Source: an uncultured delta proteobacterium
Lineage (GTDB): Bacteria; Desulfobacterota; Desulfobaccia; Desulfobaccales; 0-14-0-80-60-11
DNA: 32,000 nucleotides
Assembly: GCA_963701845.1 (NCBI GenBank)
Contig: CAVPBF010000004.1
Location: forward strand, 571,853-603,852
Direction of reading: 5' to 3'
The translations under genes and the position numbers were made by a program. Position 1 is the stretch's first letter, and each line of letters starts with the position of its first letter. The notes under the pieces are model-generated. The model was not told the DNA's origin, searched no databases, and saw only the letters and a program-made list of their open reading frames with translations. Of the stretch, positions 27,815-32,000 are shown piece after piece.

Positions 27815-28996
27815 ATGCAACAACTAAAAAAATTTCTTGAAGATATAGGCGGTAAACTGCCGGAAATGAAAAACGAAATTGCGGCGCTCCAAAGTCAGGT
27901 CCGGGCCCGCTCGTGGGCCAATATGCCCGGCGTGAATGAGGGCAAAGAGAAGTTCAGCATGTTCAAGACCCTCACCGCCATCAAAACCAATGACTGGTCC
28001 GAAGCCGGTTATGAGAAAGCGGTCATGGATGAGGCCAAAAAAAAGTCCATGGGCTACACCAGTGACACGGCCGGCGGCTACCTCGTGCCGCAGCAAGCAA
28101 TCGCGGAACTGATCGAATTGCTCTTGCCGCGGTCCTGTTGTCTCGAAATGGGCGCCAGGCTCCTGCCGAATCTCATGGGCAACCCTGTGACCTTCCCGAA
28201 GCAGACCGGCGGCGCCACGATCTACTGGATCGGCGACAATACCTCCGTCACCCCGAGCGACCTGACTTTCGCGCAGCTCTCCCTGGTCCCCCACAAGGCC
28301 ATGGCGCTGATCCAGGTGTCTAACTCATTGATAAGAATGGCTTTACCGGCCGCCGAGCAAATCATAAATGAAGACATCGCCCGGCAACTGGCCCTGGCGA
28401 TTGACCTGGCGGCCCTGCGCGGCACCGGCTCCGCTAACCAGCCCCTGGGCATTGCCAATACCAAAGATATTGGCACGGCTTCGGGGCTCACCAGTGGAAA
28501 CGGCAACGGGAAGCTCCTTAGCCTCAACATTTTCGACGACTGTGAATATAGCTTGGCCGCGGCTAATGCCCTGGCCGAGCCGGGGGGGAGCTACGGCTAC
28601 ATTTTCCATCCGGCGGTGCGGCGAATCCTGAAAAAAATCAAAATCGGGATGTACTCGGGCGATGCCGGCGTGTTGCCCCTGGTCTCGTTTCTGGACGAAC
28701 TTGGGGTAAGCACGGATCAGTCGATCCGGAACCGTTTGGGTTACCCCTTCGCCTGTACCACGCAGATCCCGGTCAACCTGAGCGCCGGGAGTTACACCGA
28801 TTGCACCGAGATTTATTTCGGGAATTGGGCGGAACTCTTGATCGGTCAATGGGCCGGCCTGCGCATTCAGGCCTCCGACGTGGCAGGAACTGCCTTCGCC
28901 GCCGATCAGACGTGGATTCGGATCATCGCCGAGATCGACGTGGGCCTGCGGCATCCGCAGTCTTTCTGCTTGGTCAACGATATAAGCTCAACTTAA
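27815..28996 (+). CDS. HK97-family major capsid protein
   Basis: N-terminal helical delta-like region, AGGYLVPQQ, and a typical length of 393 aa. AAGGAG RBS upstream. Confidence 0.8.
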   Translation: MQQLKKFLEDIGGKLPEMKNEIAALQSQVRARSWANMPGVNEGKEKFSMFKTLTAIKTNDWSEAGYEKAVMDEAKKKSMGYTSDTAGGYLVPQQAIAELIELLLPRSCCLEMGARLLPNLMGNPVTFPKQTGGATIYWIGDNTSVTPSDLTFAQLSLVPHKAMALIQVSNSLIRMALPAAEQIINEDIARQLALAIDLAALRGTGSANQPLGIANTKDIGTASGLTSGNGNGKLLSLNIFDDCEYSLAAANALAEPGGSYGYIFHPAVRRILKKIKIGMYSGDAGVLPLVSFLDELGVSTDQSIRNRLGYPFACTTQIPVNLSAGSYTDCTEIYFGNWAELLIGQWAGLRIQASDVAGTAFAADQTWIRIIAEIDVGLRHPQSFCLVNDISST

Positions 28997-29195
28997 CCCC
29001 AACCGGAGAGGTCACGTGAGGTCGCGGCCTCTCCGTCTACATAATTTGGCGGCCTCGCACCAGGGCCGCCAAAATCCAGGGGCGTGAAGGCGACTGAAGA
29101 GCCCCCCGCAGTCGTTAATAGTAGCGCCGGGGCCCCTGGAAGCCAGTTTCCCGGTTGCCAAGACGGGGGGCATCTTTTACCCAAGGGAGCACAGC

Positions 29196-29492
29196 ATGTC
29201 ACCTCAGGAAAAAAAACTCTTGGCCGGCCTCCAGGAGCAGCTTGAAATCCTCAAGGCACAGCCGACGGAGGAAGGATTTTACAAGCTGGCCCACGACCTC
29301 GAGGCCTACCGGGATTTCGTCCGGGATCACCTGGAAACCGTCGAGGAATCGCCAATTCTTGACCTTCAAAATATTGCCCACGACCTGGCCCGTAAAGCCT
29401 TCGAAAGGCAGATTATTGGTGAGCGGCTGCTTTGTGATATAGGCAACCTCGCGTGCAGCCTGATCGTTGTCAGCACGCCGATCATGTTCTGA
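29196..29492 (+). CDS. Hypothetical helical protein (small-terminase position)
   Basis: 98 aa, directly upstream of the large terminase gene. Confidence 0.4.
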   Translation: MSPQEKKLLAGLQEQLEILKAQPTEEGFYKLAHDLEAYRDFVRDHLETVEESPILDLQNIAHDLARKAFERQIIGERLLCDIGNLACSLIVVSTPIMF

Positions 29493-29495
29493 GCC

Positions 29496-30908
29496 ATGAA
29501 TATTATCGAGGCCATCCAAGACCCGCACCTTTTCAAGTCCCTCTTCAAAGACCTGGAGACCTGGCAAAGCTGGCTCGTTTTTCTCAAGGCTCTCTTCGCT
29601 CTCCCCATGACCCGGGAAGAACTGGCGCTCTATCAGCAGTGCACAGGCCGCCAGACGCCGCCCAAGCAACAATTCCGGGAGGCTTGGGTACCAACAGGGG
29701 TAAGGTCGGGGAAGTCCTTTATCGCCGCCCTGGTGGCCGTGTTCCTGGCTTGCTTCCGGGACTACCGGCCCTACCTGGCCCCCGGCGAGCGTGCCCATAT
29801 CCTGATTGTGGCGGCTGACCGTAGCCAAGCCCAAAATATCCTTCGTTATGTAAAAGGCTTCCTGGCCTCCATCCCGATGCTGTCCCGGCTTGTTGAAAGC
29901 GAAAAGGCAGAGAGTATCGACTTATCGAACATGGTCACCGTCACCGTCGCCACCTGCTCCTACCGGACCACGAGAGGATTTACCGCTGCTGCTGTTTTGG
30001 CCGATGAAATTGCCTTTTGGGCCTCTGATGACGGCGCCAACCCCGCCACAGAGGTCTTGCGGGCGCTCCGGCCCCGGCTGGCCACGATACCGAATTCGCT
30101 GCTCCTGGCGATCAGCAGCCCCTATGCCAGGTCAGGACCCTTGTGGCAGGCCTTCCAAGATCACCACGGGAAGGATGAATCGGACGTCCTCTGCTGGCAG
30201 GCCGCCACGCGCACCATGAACCCCACCATTCCCCAGGCCCTCATTGACCGGGATATGGCCCTTGACCCTGAGGCGGCGCGGGGTGAATGGCTGGCGGAAT
30301 TTCGGAGTGACTTGGAGGCCTTCCTACCCATTGAGGCTATCCAGGCCGTGGTCATGCCGGGGCGGTATGAACTGGCACCCTTGAAGGGCATCCGCTATTC
30401 GGCCTTCGTGGACCCCTCAGGCGGCCGGCGAGACGCGGCAACCCTGGCCATAGGGCACAAGGAAGTGCACCCGGAAGGTAAGCGGATCGTGGTGGACGTG
30501 GCCCGGGCCTGGAAATCTCCCCATGACCCTGGAGTTGTGGCCGCGGACATGGCAAACTTGCTCAGAGCCTACCGGGTGCGGCGGGTGACCGGCGACCGGT
30601 ACGGCGGCGCCTGGCCGGAGACCGAATTCTCCAAGCACGGGATCGGGTATGATCCTTCAGACCGAGACAAGAGCGCCTTGTATCTCGCCTTCCTGCCCAT
30701 GGTCTTAAGCGGTCAATGCGAGTTGCCGGATAGCAAACACCTCTTTAACGAACTCCGGGCCCTGGAGCGCCGGACCCGGAAGGGCGGCCGTGACCTGGTG
30801 GACCATCCGCCCAAGGGACACGATGACCTGGCGAACGCCGTGGCGGGGATCTGTGCCAACCTGGGGGCGGAGTTGGGCCGGACCCGGGCGGGGGTGAGAT
30901 GGATTTGA
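29496..30908 (+). CDS. Terminase large subunit
   Basis: Walker A GVRSGKS, Walker B AAVLADEIAFW, and a C-terminal nuclease-like region FVDPSGGRRDAATLAIGH...GDRYGG...HDDLANA. Confidence 0.8.
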   Translation: MNIIEAIQDPHLFKSLFKDLETWQSWLVFLKALFALPMTREELALYQQCTGRQTPPKQQFREAWVPTGVRSGKSFIAALVAVFLACFRDYRPYLAPGERAHILIVAADRSQAQNILRYVKGFLASIPMLSRLVESEKAESIDLSNMVTVTVATCSYRTTRGFTAAAVLADEIAFWASDDGANPATEVLRALRPRLATIPNSLLLAISSPYARSGPLWQAFQDHHGKDESDVLCWQAATRTMNPTIPQALIDRDMALDPEAARGEWLAEFRSDLEAFLPIEAIQAVVMPGRYELAPLKGIRYSAFVDPSGGRRDAATLAIGHKEVHPEGKRIVVDVARAWKSPHDPGVVAADMANLLRAYRVRRVTGDRYGGAWPETEFSKHGIGYDPSDRDKSALYLAFLPMVLSGQCELPDSKHLFNELRALERRTRKGGRDLVDHPPKGHDDLANAVAGICANLGAELGRTRAGVRWI

Positions 30909-31105
30909 CCATGGGGCCTGTAAAAGCGATCCGGGCCAAATGCCTTGACTGCGCCGGCGGCATGAAAGAGGTCCGGCTGTGCTCAACCGAGTCATGCCCC
31001 CTCTATCCCTACCGCATGGGGAAGAACCCAAGCCGGGCCGGAATTGGAGGCCGTCAAATCCCCCCGGATTCGCTAAAAATCCCTAACTCAAGTTGCGAAA
31101 AATGA
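30899..31105 (+). CDS. Small Cys-rich phage protein
   Basis: IRAKCLDCAGG...RLCSTESCPLYPYRMGKNP, a CxxC...CxxxC pattern. Confidence 0.55.
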   Translation: MDLTMGPVKAIRAKCLDCAGGMKEVRLCSTESCPLYPYRMGKNPSRAGIGGRQIPPDSLKIPNSSCEK

Positions 31106-31199
31106 GAAAACTTTTTTAATGAAGGTGGTAGGCCAGGGGGAACTTGAGGCGGGGCATAGAATCCTTTTTCAGCCCTGCCTATTTTTTTGAAAATAATCC

Positions 31200-31229
31200 T
31201 TGACAATCATATACTCTCGGTATTATATT
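31200..31229 (+). promoter_or_regulatory. Sigma70-like promoter with duplicated TTGACAATCAT
   Basis: TTGACA at 31200-31205, a 17-nt spacer, then TTATAT / overlapping TATATT. The 11-mer ttgacaatcat recurs at 31228-31238. Confidence 0.5.
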
Positions 31230-31256
31230 GACAATCATCAAGAGAAAGGGGGCAAT

Positions 31257-31373
31257 GTGAAAATCACCATCAAAACATGTAAACGGTGCGGTCACGAATG
31301 GGCGACTAAAAAGGATAATCCAATTGTATGTCCTAAGTGTAAATCGCCTTACTGGAATAAGGAGCGGAAATAA
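31257..31373 (+). CDS. 38-aa zinc-ribbon protein
   Basis: GTG start after GAAAGGGGG. VKITIKTCKRCGHEWATKKDNPIVCPKCKSPYWNKERK has two CxxC pairs. It is below the ORF-track length cutoff. Confidence 0.5.
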   Translation: MKITIKTCKRCGHEWATKKDNPIVCPKCKSPYWNKERK

Positions 31374-31449
31374 AACAGACCGGCCCAGGTGGGAGATGCA
31401 CCCAGGACCGGCCCTAACCATCCACAAACCTTTATAGGAGGTTCATGTC

Positions 31450-31704
31450 ATGGCTGAGCAAGATTCTACCACAAAACCCTTGAATGACGTAGCTAAGGCG
31501 ATGGACATTTTAGGGAGCATAGCCGGCATCTCATACCACGCGATGGTTGCCGCGGAGGGCAGCGCACACGGGCCAGAAGGAATGAAGCAGCTTTTAAAGG
31601 AAATGGATTCGCCTTGGGTGGTGGAAAATTTTCAAGAAAATGCTTTCCAAGCTATTCTCAAATTGGCCGGTGAAGCATACCACCTGCTTCTTGAACATTC
31701 TTAA
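31450..31704 (+). CDS. Hypothetical protein
   Basis: 84 aa with AGGAGG upstream. Confidence 0.5.
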   Translation: MAEQDSTTKPLNDVAKAMDILGSIAGISYHAMVAAEGSAHGPEGMKQLLKEMDSPWVVENFQENAFQAILKLAGEAYHLLLEHS

Positions 31705-31802
31705 ATTTACAAAAATAGTCTCAAAAATGAGACTACTGCAAAGATTAAAACCCGGGGGGGAGGGGCCCGGCCTCTCCCCTTCCAAGGCCTGGAGGCCCAC
31801 CA

Positions 31803-31960
31803 TGAGACACAGGAGCACCCGGGGCTGGCTTTATTGGATGGCCCGAATGTTAGGCGACCTCAACGCCATTCAGCACGGCCCCCATGCCATTGAACGGCGG
31901 GTTGAGCGCCGGCTGGTGGGGAAGATGTGCGGCCGCTGCCTGTGGCGGATTTTTAGGTAA
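31803..31960 (+). CDS. Small basic phage-associated protein
   Basis: MRHRSTRGWLYWMARMLGDLNAIQHGPHAIERRVERRLVGKM...WRIFR resembles a recurrent small phage ORF pattern (ARLLGD..A...G....R..RR..G). The track's upstream extension from 31640 overlaps the previous gene. Confidence 0.4.
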
Positions 31961-31971
31961 GGAGACGAATC

Positions 31972-32000
31972 ATGGCGATCTTAGCTGAGTGTCCGCGGTG
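31972..32000 (+). CDS. Start of an unidentified gene (partial at window edge)
   Basis: An ATG 8 nt after AAGGAG. Only 9 codons are visible. Confidence 0.3.

Noticed and set aside
28343-28954. 203-aa minus-strand ORF within the capsid gene
   Set aside because: It is an antisense shadow of the HK97-type capsid ORF.
1-32000. Explaining all frameshifts by generally poor sequence quality
   Set aside because: About 9 kb of long ORFs are uninterrupted while two backbone genes hold at least eight shifts. A uniform error model therefore fits poorly. Local coverage problems still cannot be excluded without reads.

Overview
The window is a GC-rich bacterial chromosome segment (about 1-7.75 kb) followed by two foreign elements that sit in tandem at one tRNA-Leu(CAA) attachment site. 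The backbone carries a CBS/HPP gene pair, a crotonase, an AlkD-like repair gene, and two heavily frameshifted genes (a GH3 NagZ-like hexosaminidase and an SSS-family transporter). A perfect 56-bp direct repeat at 7760-7815 and 19645-19700 matches the 3' half of a type-II tRNA-Leu(CAA), from anticodon loop to CCA. These repeats bracket island 1 (about 7.8-19.6 kb), which is visibly AT-richer by eye (not computed). Island 1 contains a truncated transposase, a tubulin-like GTPase fragment and a frameshifted TrkA-N/RyR-domain membrane protein. It also contains an amidohydrolase and a co-directional cluster that I consider the most interesting part of the window. That cluster encodes a deoxyhypusine-synthase-like enzyme, a SAM methyltransferase, an alpha/alpha-toroid protein fused to a TIR/nucleoside-deoxyribosyltransferase-like domain, and a SLOG domain fused to two SLATT-type 2TM modules. 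The arrangement follows Thoeris-like logic (nucleotide-signal generator plus SLOG sensor plus membrane effector) with unexplained accessory enzymes. The island's mobility module is dead: the xis-like gene has an in-frame TGA, and the integrase has a frameshift and an inverted central segment. Island 2 (19.7 to beyond 32 kb) is a phage or phage-satellite-like element. It encodes an AlpA-type HTH, a Prim-Pol/P4-family primase-helicase, an ERCC4 nuclease, a tape-measure-like protein, an HK97-type capsid, a large terminase and several small Zn-ribbon proteins. Its gene order is non-canonical. All domain calls come from motif recognition by eye; no database search was run.
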